DNA from: Octopus sinensis
Taxonomy: Eukaryota
Direction: 5' to 3'
Length of the DNA: 64,000 nt
Assembly: GCF_006345805.1 (NCBI RefSeq)
Contig: NC_043004.1
Span: 19,282,001 to 19,346,000 of the forward strand
The notes under the pieces were generated by a model. The model was given only the letters and a program-made list of their open reading frames with translations, did not search any database and was not told the origin of the DNA. Shown here one piece after another: positions 26,526-38,720 of the stretch. Both the position numbers and the translations under genes were made by a program. The number at the start of each line of letters is the position of its first letter. The first letter of the stretch is position 1.

Positions 26526-27240
26526 TCAGGCACCCTGATTGAACCAAACAAATCCGTTCTCAATGATACCAGCCAACAACATGACTCCCCCACCTTGTTG
26601 TTGACATCCTAAACGCTGGTGACGCTCAACTCCAAAACAGACCCAACCATCAGGTTCGTCACGAGTCACCCTCATTCGAAAGTGAACAGAACAGAACTCA
26701 TGTCTAATATCAAGTATTTTGGAGCCCATTGAATTCTCAAACTCTTCTGAAGAGGCAGTTTCAAGTGTTCTCGCACGAAGCCATGGTTCAGAGGATGTGA
26801 TTTCTGCTGGTTTTCGGTACATGAATAAGTCCGGAGGCGGGGAAATGGCTTTGCGCTTTTGTCCAGGTTTCCCATGTAACTTGCGACCACTATTCCTTAA
26901 ATCACTAGCTGTCACAGACCTGGAGGTCCTATTACCATAATACAATCCATCGTAACGTTTCTCAACTAAATAATACCAGACTAAAGCCATCTCCTTCTAA
27001 TTCTACTCATGCGACAACGTATACTAGTTGCAATACCACTTTCCAATCCAATGCTCATACAAATTGCACTGTATGGTTGCCCCTCGCTATTAATGGACCA
27101 ACGAAGCTCAACCGCCCCTCCAGAAAACTCTAACCGCCGAGCAGGTAAGAAAAGTTGCAACTGTCGGGTTTCCCAACAATATCCTCTTGGAGGTTTCCGT
27201 TTACGTAAAAAAGTCTACAATGCCGTGTTATAACACCACG
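26526..27240 (-). mobile_element. Tc1/mariner-type transposase remnant
   Basis: LRIQWAPKYLILDMSSVLFTFE, RVTRDEPDGW, QQQGGGVMLLAGII correspond to the Tc1 WA..Y...D...VLFTDE..T.DGPDGW..RQQGGG.VM.WAGI pattern; frameshifted. Confidence 0.8.
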
Positions 27241-27329
27241 TTCTCACCAAGTAAGGGTGTATATCGGCGGCACAGTTGATTTGAAGCGCCGCTACCGTGC
27301 ACACACAAAGTCTTTCTCCAATCCTAATT

Positions 27330-27545
27330 CTAGATTATCAGCCTCCTTAGCAACTCATATACACAACTTTTAATCTCAAAATATTCCTTATATTCTATCT
27401 TGGTCCATTGAGGCTCCTCCATACAATGCAAACATCGGTATGTGTAAATTATGTTTAAAAGAATCGCTAACCATTCTTCGCTTTCACAACCCTTCTCGGA
27501 TGTAATTTTCTCTTTCAAACACAGGCACTACTCGTCTGTTAGGTA
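27330..27545 (+). mobile_element. PLE GIY-YIG endonuclease C-terminal remnant
   Basis: SLATHIHN..SQNIPYILSWSI..PPYNANIGMCKLCLKESLTIL..KHRH; a pyrimidine-rich 3' region follows, with a decayed GAAACAGCTGT HHR-like motif near 28630. Confidence 0.65.
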
Positions 27546-28181
27546 CTTTGTTAAATCTATATAATCACATAAGTATACATATCCATACTCAAAATTCACC
27601 TTGAACTAAGACAATATCAGTCTAGCAACCAGAAGGTTAACAAATACTACTCCCTATTAATCTTAATTAACAAATACTACTCCCTATTATTCTTTCTCAT
27701 ACCTTTCTTAATCCTTCGAAACCATTGTTTCCCACTTCCCTCATAGTCTCCACACTATCCACACCACTTAACTACCCTCTTAGTTCTATTCCCTACTCAT
27801 TTAGATTCTACCCCACTCATTTAGATTCTACCTGTCAACCTCTACACCCTTCCTATTCACATTCCTCTTTTCAATTTCATTCACCTCTGCTTACAATGGC
27901 AGCCCAATTCCTTTGTCCCACTAGCAACTGCTATATTGACCACCAACTCACCCCCATTCTGTCCACCTCTTTTATCTTCTCTTATGCCTTCCTACATACT
28001 TTAGTGGTTTCCCTCAACCACTGGACCAGTCAACTTATTTCCTCCAAATAATGACCATTCCTTTTGACACTATCACAGCCATTAATTCTATAGCCTTCAT
28101 ACAAACTAACGCAAAGGTTACCATTCACATAGTACCTAAACCACCCTCCCCTCTTTCTCCTATTTAGTGTCTTTATTGCTA

Positions 28182-28410
28182 TGACGAGCTGGCAGACACG
28201 TTAGCGCGCCGGGCGGAATGCTTAGCGGTATTTCGTCTGTCGTTACGTTCTGAGTTCAAATTCCGCCGAGGTCTACTTTGCCTTTCATCCTTTCGGGGTC
28301 GATAAATAAAAGTATCTGTTTCGCACTGGGGTCGATTTAATCGACTTAATCCCTTTGTCTGTCCTTGTTTGTACTCTCTATGTTTAGCCCCATGTGGGCA
28401 ATAAAGAAAT
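28182..28410 (+). mobile_element. tRNA-derived SINE family B, full length
   Basis: TGGCAGACACG A-box-like motif, GAGTTCAAATTCC B box, body, tail GTGGGCAATAAAGAAAT. Confidence 0.9.
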
Positions 28411-28880
28411 ATATAACTCCATACTAAACTCCTTATTCACTCCTATCCCTTGAAATTTATTTTCTCCCCTCACTATTCTCTATCTGAACACCTCCCACAA
28501 AATCATTCCATCTTTAATCTCGTTACTGCCAACTCCTCAAATGTAAGATTTCTTCGTTGAAGGCAGAGGCTCGTCTTATACGACGATGGAATCAATTTAC
28601 AATCACTATTCTGGGACCACCGAGCCACCAGAAACAGCTGTTGGATTTGTAACACGTTTCTTCAGCCCCCTTAATTTCTGCGATCATTTCTATTCTGTGT
28701 AAGTCGGACCTGTATGTATCTAAACATATATACATTTTTTGGGGATTTGATGCATTAAATATTCTTTGTGTATCAACTGGACTAACTTGCTTATCCTTAC
28801 ATTTACTCGCTCAAGTTTAAACCTCTCGAGCACTACTAGGTGTATTCTATACGGAGAATATCTGATTCTCATCTATCAGC

Positions 28881-28944
<64 letters not shown>

Positions 28945-29044
28945 TGTATGTATGTATGTATGTGTGTATTATGTATATATATATATATATATATATATGT
29001 TATATATATATATATACATGTGTGTATGTATGTATGTATGTATG

Positions 29045-29107
<63 letters not shown>

Positions 29108-29355
29108 TATGTATGTATATTTTGTATGTGTGCACGTACTTCATAACCGTCTTAATCGTTCCAACTTGTCATTAAACACTTAAAAATTGCGTTTTATATC
29201 TCCCGACAGACTACTCTGTTTCTTCAAGAAAACTGATTTTTAATTACTTTATTGGACGATAAGTCCTCAGGAGAAAATCTTTGAAACAATAAATACAAAA
29301 TTAAGGCAATCTCGGCGGACTTTTAACGTACAACGAAAAGACAGACGGAATACCT

Positions 29356-29800
29356 ATTTCTTTACTGCCCACAAAGTGGCTACACACAGAGGGAACAAAG
29401 AAGGACAGACAAACGGATTAAGTCGATTATATCGACCTCAGTGTGTAATTGGTACTTATTTAATCGACCTCGAAAGGATGAAAGGCAAAGTCGACCTCGG
29501 CGGAATTTGAACTCAGAACGTAGCAGCAGATGAAATACCACTAAACATTTCGTCCGGCGTGCTAACGTTTCTGTCAGCTCGCCGTCTTAAATATTCTTTT
29601 CCACTCTAAGCATAAGGCCCGAGATTTTTGGGGAGGGGGCCTGTCGATTAGATCGACCCCAGTACGCTACTGGTACTTAATCTATCAGTCTCTTTTACCG
29701 AACCTCTTCGTTATGGGGACGTAAACAAACCGACACTGGCTGTCAAGCGGTGCTGCGTGACGAACACAGACACAGGCAAACAGACAGACAGACACACACA
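29356..29800 (-). mobile_element. SINE family B (full copy plus partial second unit) next to a family A fragment
   Basis: Full copy at 29356-29586, alternative-tail unit at 29590-29690, family-A body at about 29690-29800. Confidence 0.85.
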
Positions 29801-29801
29801 C

Positions 29802-29850
<49 letters not shown>

Positions 29851-30379
29851 AAATACAGCTTGGCCAGTGTAAAACTTTATTTAAGGGAGTTAAAATAGAT
29901 ACATATTGGTTTTCCTAGACAGAATGTCAATTTTTTTTAATATTGCATATATTAGCACTCACTTACTATATATTTTTAGTCTAGATTCGAATGAACGTGA
30001 CTGAAAGTACGAATATACAAATCCCAAAATGGTACCTAAAAAGAAATTTATGAACCTTTAACGTGTTTTAACATTTTTCTATCAGCTACTATTACCATTA
30101 TGTATTTATGAATATCTGAGTCCATTAGTATGAAACATGAAAAATATGAGTCCATTAGTATAGTATCATGAAAAATAAAAACTATAATATCCTCCATTAC
30201 ATAAATATGAATGAATTTGTTGAGCTATACAAGTTTTAATACCTCTACGAATTTATATAATAAAATTCGAAATTAAAGTATGAAGAAAAGGCATTAGAAA
30301 TCTTAGAAAAAAATTCCAATTAATTGATGAACATACATTCCTCCGATAATATATATATATATATGTATGTATGTATGTA

Positions 30380-30696
30380 TCCGTCGATTACGACGACGAG
30401 GGTGCCAGCTGATAAGATCAATGGGACAGCTTGCTCGTGATATTAGCGTGCAAGTAACTGAGCATTCCACAGACACATGTACTCTTAACATAGTTCTGAG
30501 GGAGATCCAGCGTGAGACAGAGGGTGACAAGGCTGTTCCTTTGAAATATAGGTACTATTCATTTTTGCCAGCTGAGTGGACTGGAGCAACGGGAAATAAA
30601 GTGTCTTGCTGAAGGACACAACGCGTTGCCGGGAATTGAACTCGCGACCTTACGATCATAGAGCCGAATGCCCTAAAAACTAAGCCACGCGCCTTC
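30380..30696 (-). mobile_element. tRNA-derived SINE family C (V-domain-like core)
   Basis: Minus-strand B box GAGTTCAATTCC, TGTGTCCTTCAGCAAGACACTT core, GTTGCTCCAGTCCACTCAGCTGG; 3' half shared with 33908-34295. Confidence 0.85.
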
Positions 30697-31654
30697 ACAC
30701 ACACACATACACACACACACACGCACACACGCACACAAAACACACAGACATATATAGATACTACACACACATTCATACATACATACACACATCGTAGTTG
30801 TCTACCCATAGACGAGTATGACCATCACTTATAAATTACCTCATCCAGGATGTCAGCACTTCATTTGCTGAAATTTTAAATAACAGGTTGCACAACAATA
30901 CTAAAGATTCTCAACTTCAGAACCATGTACCAGAGATACAAGCAAGGGCAAGTTCTCTGGTTTCACAATGCCGTGCGTATCATTATGCAATTTCCTTCTA
31001 CTAGAAGGATACCTAAACAGACTCGGAGTTTCTCACTCCCAGTTGCTGGATGGCCGTTGAATCTGCTGAATTTATCCGTCCTTTGACAGTGTTTGTTTTT
31101 CATCTAGAAGGATGTTCAACGAAAACCACCCTTCTTAGAAGCAGATACTAAGCTGACTTTAATAAACAAACGTTCTCGTTCTGTTTCTATTACGATGCTG
31201 GGAATATCGAAAATTAAAGTAAAATATTCAATAAAAAATGAAACATTGAAATAATTACAACATACAAGCTTTCATAAGATTTTAAATATTTTTTCTTCAG
31301 TGATTTTCCTATATTTTATTGAGCACATCACAACAAAGAAATATTTGCAAATATTCATAAAATATTGATGGTTATATAAATAATACATTTTAACGGAAAA
31401 ATAAATATATCAAACTAAAATTTTTATAAATAGCTAATTCAAAAAATGATCAAGAACATAAAATTGAAGAGTAAAATCTAAAGCTAAAAAAATGCAGGGC
31501 ATATTTTAGTATATTCCAAGATGTTACATGACTCAGTCGCTCACTCTCATGCATATACACTTCCATACATACGAGCATACCAACATATAGGCTAAGACAC
31601 ACAGGCATATATACATACGTATATACCCCATATATATGAGTATGTGCGTGTATG

Positions 31655-31685
<31 letters not shown>

Positions 31686-32048
31686 GTAGATCCCGGGTTG
31701 ATTCGGGGTTAACCATAGTAAATAAGGTACTCAATACATAGCAGAGTAAAATTAATTTATTATATAGAAGGAGCTTCTACAGGACTAGAACTGTTTCATT
31801 CAAGAGAAATCTTCAGGAAGCTAGTTAACAAGAATTGTATTGGCATTTATACATTTAGGCAGGTTTATAGGGGTGGTGGTGGGGGACTTTTTGGGGGTAG
31901 GCATAGCGCAAAAAAATCATACTTGGGGGAGTGGTCAAGGAGTCAGTGGTAAATTAGATAGAAGAATAAATAAGATAAAAACAAATTAAAAATATAAAAA
32001 TATAAAAATATATAGAAATAGAGTTTTAGGTAAATAAGGAAATTCTCA
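31686..32048 (-). mobile_element. Non-autonomous HHR-bearing repeat, copy 2
   Basis: Homologous to 3446-3807; flanked by (TA)n/(CA)n. Confidence 0.7.
31772..31822 (-). ncRNA. Type I hammerhead ribozyme motif
   Basis: AGCTTC-CTGAAGA-TTTCTCTTGAAT-GAAAC-AG..CT-GTA|GAAGCT, same core and helices as 3531-3580. Confidence 0.7.
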
Positions 32049-32145
32049 ACACACACACATATACATACACACATACATCCACACACACCCATATATATAT
32101 ATATATATATATACACACCCACACACACATATACATACATATATC

Positions 32146-32195
<50 letters not shown>

Positions 32196-33138
32196 CATAC
32201 AATACCCATATACATATGTATGTATGTATGTATGTATATATATATATAGATATATATATATATATATATATAATATATAATATATAATATTTATATATAT
32301 ATATTATATATATATATCTATACATACATACATACATACATAATATATATAAATTTTTTTTTATTTTATCTAGTTTCAGCTCACGAGTGTATATATAATT
32401 ATATACATATTTATATATATATAAATGCATGTATTTATATGTGAATGTACGTACGTTTTTATGCATTTATGTACGTGAATGTGCATACATATATGTGTGT
32501 ATGTGTGTGTGTGTGTGCTTGTCTAAATATGTGGGTGTTCATATATAACCTTTTTACTTATCCAACTGTGGCTGATTATAAATTGCAAAGAAAGCACTTT
32601 GTTTCGCTTTCATTGTCTAGAAATATTGTATACCTTTTATATAAAACAAAAAATTAAATATACATTAATTTTCGCACAAGTAAGCATAAACACATGTACA
32701 CATGATTTCATATGCTTGCTGTTACACCAAACACACACACACATAAACACACACGCACACACGCACACAGCAGGACCGGATCCATAGAGGCATTAAACAC
32801 TTAGAAGATTTTGGTACTCATGTACTTCAAATGAAACAAAACTAACCGTAAGAAGGAAATATGTTTATTTATTTGCGTATATGCACTTTATATTTGAATG
32901 TTTTCTGCTACTCTTTCTAATTGCAATGTCTATGATCAGATCCCCAAACTTGGTCTTACGTAACACGCCTGCTTCTATACATAATAGAGATAAGGGATCC
33001 TGAGTATTATTTTAGCAAATTTCAAGTAAATTTTGTACCGTGAACCATTTACCATTTTTAGGGTGTTCCCCTTCCTTTGATGCCCTAAGCATGTGTTTAT
33101 TTTCCTTATCGGTTAACCTAGTAGTGAAAGGGAGAGAT

Positions 33139-33621
33139 TTGCCGTTAGAACAGCAGAAATACTGAATAAATTGCCCTAAGAAGGCGGAAAAATTTGTCAA
33201 CAACCAGCCACAGAACTCGAGCCCATATCTCGCCAAGACTCTGGCTGAGTGCTTTACCGTTAACCTAAACTGCTCGCTGACCAATTTACCGCTGAATTTA
33301 GACTCCAAATACTTGAAAAATGTTTCCGCCCTGTGAGAATAATCTACCCAGTATTTTTGCTGCTCTAATGGCAACTCTGCGTTCGAAAATGCATCATCTT
33401 ATTTGTATTGATACTTCTATAAAAAGAACAAATATTTGTTTGTTTACATTTATACACACATGGTCGTTCCATAAGCCTAAAGTATTTAGTGGTGAATTTG
33501 CTTAATAGTAAAGCTCCAGAGTCTTTGAGAGATATATGTTCAAATCCCATGGCTGGTTGTTGGCAAATTTTTCCGCCTTGTAAAGCTAATTTATTCAGTA
33601 TTTCTGCTATTCTAACGGCAA
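33139..33621. mobile_element. Two short tRNA-like SINEs (family D) in head-to-head inverted orientation (about 33139-33270 minus, 33500-33621 plus)
   Basis: AAGGCGGAAAAATTTGTCAACAACCAGCCA matches the reverse complement of 33550-33579 at 29/30; both copies continue AATTTATTCAGTATTTCTGCT.TTCTAACGGCAA; degenerate A/B boxes. Confidence 0.65.
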
Positions 33622-33907
33622 CTTCTTATTTGTATCACACAATATATTTCGACACGTAATAAAATTAAAATAGATTTTGCTTGTCTACACACACACAACA
33701 CCACGTATATATATATATATTATATATATATATATATAATATATATATATATATATCTCGGAGTTTGTATATACGTATGTACCATGAACCATGAATGGAG
33801 AAAATTACATCCTTAATTGATGATTACACCTAACATTACTGTTCGGTGTAATATACTGTATGTATGCATGTATGTATGTATGTATGTATGTACGTATGTA
33901 TGTATGT

Positions 33908-34295
33908 GGAGGCGCAATGGCCCAGTGGTTAGGGCAGCGGACTCGCGGTCGGAGGATCGCGGTTTCGATTCCCAGACCGGGCGTTGTGTGTGTTTATTGG
34001 GGCGAAAACACCTAAAGCTCCACGAGGCTCCGGCAGGGGGTGGTGGCGACCCCTGTTGTACTCTTTCGCCTCAACTTTCTCTCACTCCACTCTTACTTCC
34101 TGTTTCTGTTGTACCTGTATTTCAAGGGGCCGGCCTTATCACTCTCTGTGTCACGCTGAATATCCCTGAGAACTACGTTAAGGGTGCACGTGTCTGTGGA
34201 GTGCTCAGCCACTTACACGTTAATTTCACGAGCAGGCTCTTCCGTTGATTCGGATCAACAGGAACCCTCATCGTCGTAACCGACGGAGTGCTTCC
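33908..34295 (+). mobile_element. tRNA-derived SINE family C, young, inserted in (ATGT)n
   Basis: A box TGGCCCAGTGG, B box GGTTTCGATTCC, GC-rich body; ATGTATGT on both sides. Confidence 0.9.
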
Positions 34296-34375
34296 ATGTA
34301 TGTATATGTTAAATAAAATGAGGCAACAAAGCCAAGGCTGTTTGGAATTTTCAGGAAATTTATAACGAGAAAGAT

Positions 34376-34425
34376 AGTATTACACCTGTTTCTGGGATAT
34401 GAAGGATATCCCTTCATCAGAAATG
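34376..34425 (-). ncRNA. Hammerhead ribozyme motif with eroded helix I (PLE-type 3' region)
   Basis: CATTT-CTGATGA-A-GGGATAT-CCTTC-ATATCCC-A-GAAAC-AGGT-GTA|ATACT: 7-bp helix II and core intact, helix I mismatched. Confidence 0.65.
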
Positions 34426-34789
34426 TGAGATGGATAAATAGAGGGAAATATTAGAGTTCAACATAAGGCGTTATTTTCGAAAAGGAAAGATATAAGGAGT
34501 ATATAGGGAGATAGAAGAATGAATGTAGAAATAGAAACAAATATAAAAATACATAAAGATGTTATATCTGTAGTTCCATTATCCAAGGAAAGTGGTGTGT
34601 AGAAGTGGTAGAAATGCTTCTTTTCCATGGTATGTAAATTCCAATAGGAGTATATATTTTGTCATTACAAATAAAAAGTGTGGAGACGTAGATTCCATGT
34701 GCTATTCATTCAAAAGGATCTTGTGGTTTGAATGAAAATTGGAGAATGTAGCTGTAATACTAAATGGATAGAGAGGGGAGAAGAGATTT

Positions 34790-34889
34790 NNNNNNNNNNN
34801 NNNNNNNNNNNNNNNNNNNNNNNNNNNNNNNNNNNNNNNNNNNNNNNNNNNNNNNNNNNNNNNNNNNNNNNNNNNNNNNNNNNNNNNNN
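34790..34889. other. Assembly gap (100 N)
   Basis: Seen directly; abuts a (TA)n run. Confidence 1.
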
Positions 34890-34962
<73 letters not shown>

Positions 34963-34989
34963 GAAATATGGTCGAGAGTAAAGGATTTT

Positions 34990-37900
34990 GTAACATCTTC
35001 GTTCGACTCCATTCTTTCATTTATTCATATAGGATGAAGGATGAAGAGGACGAAAAAGAGAAGTAAGCCGGAAGTCTCTGTGATCCAGGGGTTCCTCAGG
35101 AAAATGGATCACCTACCCTGGTGAACGACCAAGTAGTGAAGGATAGGGGAGCCAAGGGAGCAGAAACCGGAAGCCCCCCTGTACCAGTGGCCCTACGAAG
35201 AAATGAAAAATTAGAAAAATTAGAAAAACAGAAGAAAAAAAGGAAGGACCAAGAACAAAAATAAGGAGGGAAAAGGCAAAACAACCAAAGCTGAAACCCC
35301 AACCCACCACACAAACAGCAGAGAACCCCATGGAGGATCCAATGCCACCCAGTACACTTCAGGAAAGAAGAAATCTGGAATGCACCGAAGAACCTGTAAG
35401 TTCTACCTGTTGGCATGGTGAGGACGGCAAAAACTGCCGGTTCGCCCACCCGACACCCCGCCAGAACTTCAGGGGACTCAAAGAGAAAAACTTTACCGAT
35501 GGATCACAAGAAATGTCTCCCAGGAAAACTTTCAAAAACGAAGTGCGCTCCTCAGATGTTCTGTGCAACGCAGCAGCTGAGCAAGAGTCTTTTTTATGCA
35601 TGGCGGAAAGAATTGTCCGGCAGCTAACCTGGCTACACCAAGCACAGAGAAGGAACCCTGCCCACCACTATGCAAGACCACCACAGTCAACAGACACAGG
35701 ATGGCCTCCCCTAACGCCTGCACAGCTGTCACCCCAATACTTTTACTAAATATTGGGGGCCTGTTGCATCAAAATAGAAACAAAATTTCTTTCCTGAGAG
35801 ATCTTACTGCATGCAATCAAGCCCTATGCATAGCACTTGTGGAAACTCACCTCAATCTTGATATAGAGGACGCAGAAGTACACATACCAAACTATGCCAT
35901 ACTGCGAACAGACAGAAGGGAAAGGAGCCATGGTGGAGTTGCTGTATACATCCGAGATGACCTCACACCCCAGGTCTTGATGACATACTCAAATTCGGTA
36001 TGTGACACCTTAATTGTATACATAAGACAACATAATATAGTCATATGCAATACATATTGCCCACCGGATGCCCCAAATCACATAGGCAAGTTTGAAGATT
36101 GCCTCACAAGAATTAAAGAAATCCTCATGAATCTGGAACACCACGACCATATTTCTTATGGGTGATTTCAACTTCCCCAACGTCAAATGGCCCGAAGGTC
36201 ACATACTCTCAGGAATGAATCATTGCAAGCAAGTACAGGTGAAGTCCCTGCTCAACCTCACCAATGCCTTATTCATGGAGCAAGTTGTACTCAAGCCAAC
36301 TAGGGCGAATAACCTTCTGGATCTCTGCTTCACGAACAATATGGAATATTCATGATGTGAAAGTGACACCGACATCAGTTTCGGATCACAACATAATAGA
36401 GCTGTCTATGTTTGGGCCGAAAGTAACCAGAGACATACAGCCAAAGGAAGCCCGAAATCTCTCCAATCTGAACTTCGACAAAGCAGATTGGAAATCGATC
36501 CAAAAAGAGATCCTCAGAGAGGACTGGCCGGAATGTCTCTCCACAACAGACATTGACATGAAACTAGAATGTTTCATGCCTTCTGTGCAAGCCGTATGCC
36601 AGAAATATGTCCCAGGGCACAAGGCCAAAACAAATAGGAGCAAGATTCCAAGAGACAGGAAGATCCTCATGAGACGACGGACGAAGGTTGCAAATCGTCT
36701 CAACCAACATCCCAAGTAGCGAAACGTCCCGCCTAAAAACAACATTGATGGAATCGAAAAAGGCTGCAACAATCCTGTTGAAGGAGAAAGCAGACAAAAG
36801 AAGCCTGGTTATAAAAACATTAAGTCAAACCCAAAGGCCTTCTTTCATTACGCGAAAGAAAGAAACCGTCTCAGTGCACTACAAGATAGGACCCCTCCTC
36901 CAAAAGGATGGCTCCCTCACAGACAGTCCAACTATGATCAGTGAGACGCTGAATGACCAGTTCAAAAGTGTCTTTACCACCACCGTTGGAACACAGACAA
37001 GTGAACGAACCAGTGGACTTCTTTGCCGCCTCACCTATAACCAGCGAGGCGGTTACAATAGAATGTATTGACATTAGCGAAAAAGATGTCCACTAGCCAT
37101 AGATGAAGTGGACACAAACTCAGCTGCTGTCCAACGGTTTCCCAGCTATCCTCCTCAAGCATGTAAGCATGCCCTGGCCAAAACCCCTCAAGATTCTCTT
37201 CCAGAGCTTTCTTGCGATAGCAAACTGCCAAGCAAGCTGAAGGAGGGATTAATATGCCCAATACATAAAGGGGAAGTAGAGCAGATGCCAAAAATATAGC
37301 CTATCTCTCTGACTTCACACATCAGCAAAGTCATGGAAAGGATAGTCAGAAAAAACTCTTCGCATTCCTTGAGGAAAATAACTTGCTGAGTAATACCCAG
37401 CATGTTTCGACCAGGTAGGAGCTGCCTGATCCAGCTCTACAGCATTATGACTGGGTGTGAGGCATTACTCAAAATCAATGTGGACGTAATCTATCTTGAT
37501 TTTGCAAAAGCTTTGGACAAGGTGGATCATGGTATGATATGCCACAACTACGTGACTTCGGCATAGCTGGAAAACTTGGAGTGTTTGTTGCATGACTTCC
37601 CTGAAAGATAGGAGTCAGGCAGTAGTGGTTAATGGATCCACCTCTATGAACACACAAATTGAGCGGTGTTCCTCAAGGCACAGTCTTTGGACCACTGCTT
37701 TTTATAGTGGCCCTCTCAGATATGCCCTCAAATGCCCGGATAGCCACTCTGCCACTATGCAGACGATACGAAGTCGCGCAGAAAATACAGAACCCCAGCG
37801 ATGTTGCACACCTGCAGCAGGAGTTGGACTCAATCTACAGATGGGCTGAGGATAATAATATGCAGTTTAATGCTGAAAAATTCAGGCCCTGCGCTACCAC

Positions 37901-38720
37901 CAGCATCCAAAACTGAATATTAACTTACAGGATACACTGGTCCACAGGGAATTTCATCCCAGAGCCTAAGTCTGTGAGGGACCTGGGTATCGACATGAGT
38001 GATGATACTCTTTCCAAGTGCACATTACCAGGATGGCGACAAAGTGCAGACGACTGGCTGGGTGGATCCTAAGAACATTCAGAACCAGAGATAAGGAACC
38101 CTGATGTCCTCTGGCGACATTCTCCTCATCGCCTGGATTACTGCTCACAGCTATGGTCACCCACCAGTGTAAAATTAACAGCGGACCTTGAAGCAATTCA
38201 GAGAAGATTCACAAAGAAGATCGTCTCTTTGCAAAACAGCTCAGCTACTGGGAAAGGTTGAAACAGCTAAGACTCTACTCCTGGAGAGAAACGGAGAGGT
38301 ATGCAGTAATATGTCTGGAAGATCCTGGAAGGAATTGTGCAAATTTTGGCATTGTAAGCTACACCAATGCTAGAACGGGACGACACTGCATAGTGCCAAA
38401 GATCCCAGCAATGCCATCACGCTTCAGGACCAGCTTCTGCAACAGCCTGGGTTTCAAGGCCCCAAGCTTTTTAATATTCTCCCAAAGAGTCTGAGGAACT
38501 TGCACAAAGTAGATGTAGCGGTTTTTAAATCAAAGCTGGACATCTTCCTGTCAGAGTCCCAGATGAACCGCCCTCACGGCAACAGGTGCAAATGAGAGTA
38601 GCTGTATCAAACTCCATTCTTCACACAAGTGCCACATTTAGACGAGGTCATCGCAATACAGTGTAGCACAAAACGCGGTGCATCAGCATGGCCGCAGCTC
38701 TGAGCTGAAACTAGAAAAAA
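34990..38720 (+). mobile_element. Near full-length CR1-type LINE (ORF1 plus APE-RT ORF2), frameshifted
   Basis: APE motifs LLNIGGL, IALVETHL, HGGVAVYI, GDFNFP, LDLCFT, SDHNII; RT motifs PISLTSHISKVMERIV, VIYLDFAKAFDKVDHG, GVPQGTVFGPLLF, ADDT, FNAEK; 3' stem-loop and A-rich end at 38695-38720. Confidence 0.92.
35330..35749 (+). pseudogene. LINE ORF1 fragment with CCCH-like zinc-finger motif
   Basis: TCWHGEDGKNCRFAHP immediately upstream of the APE domain. Confidence 0.55.

Noticed and set aside
33012-33374. 120-aa non-repetitive ORF on minus
   Set aside because: It runs through a SINE-like inverted unit, with no recognisable domain or splice support.
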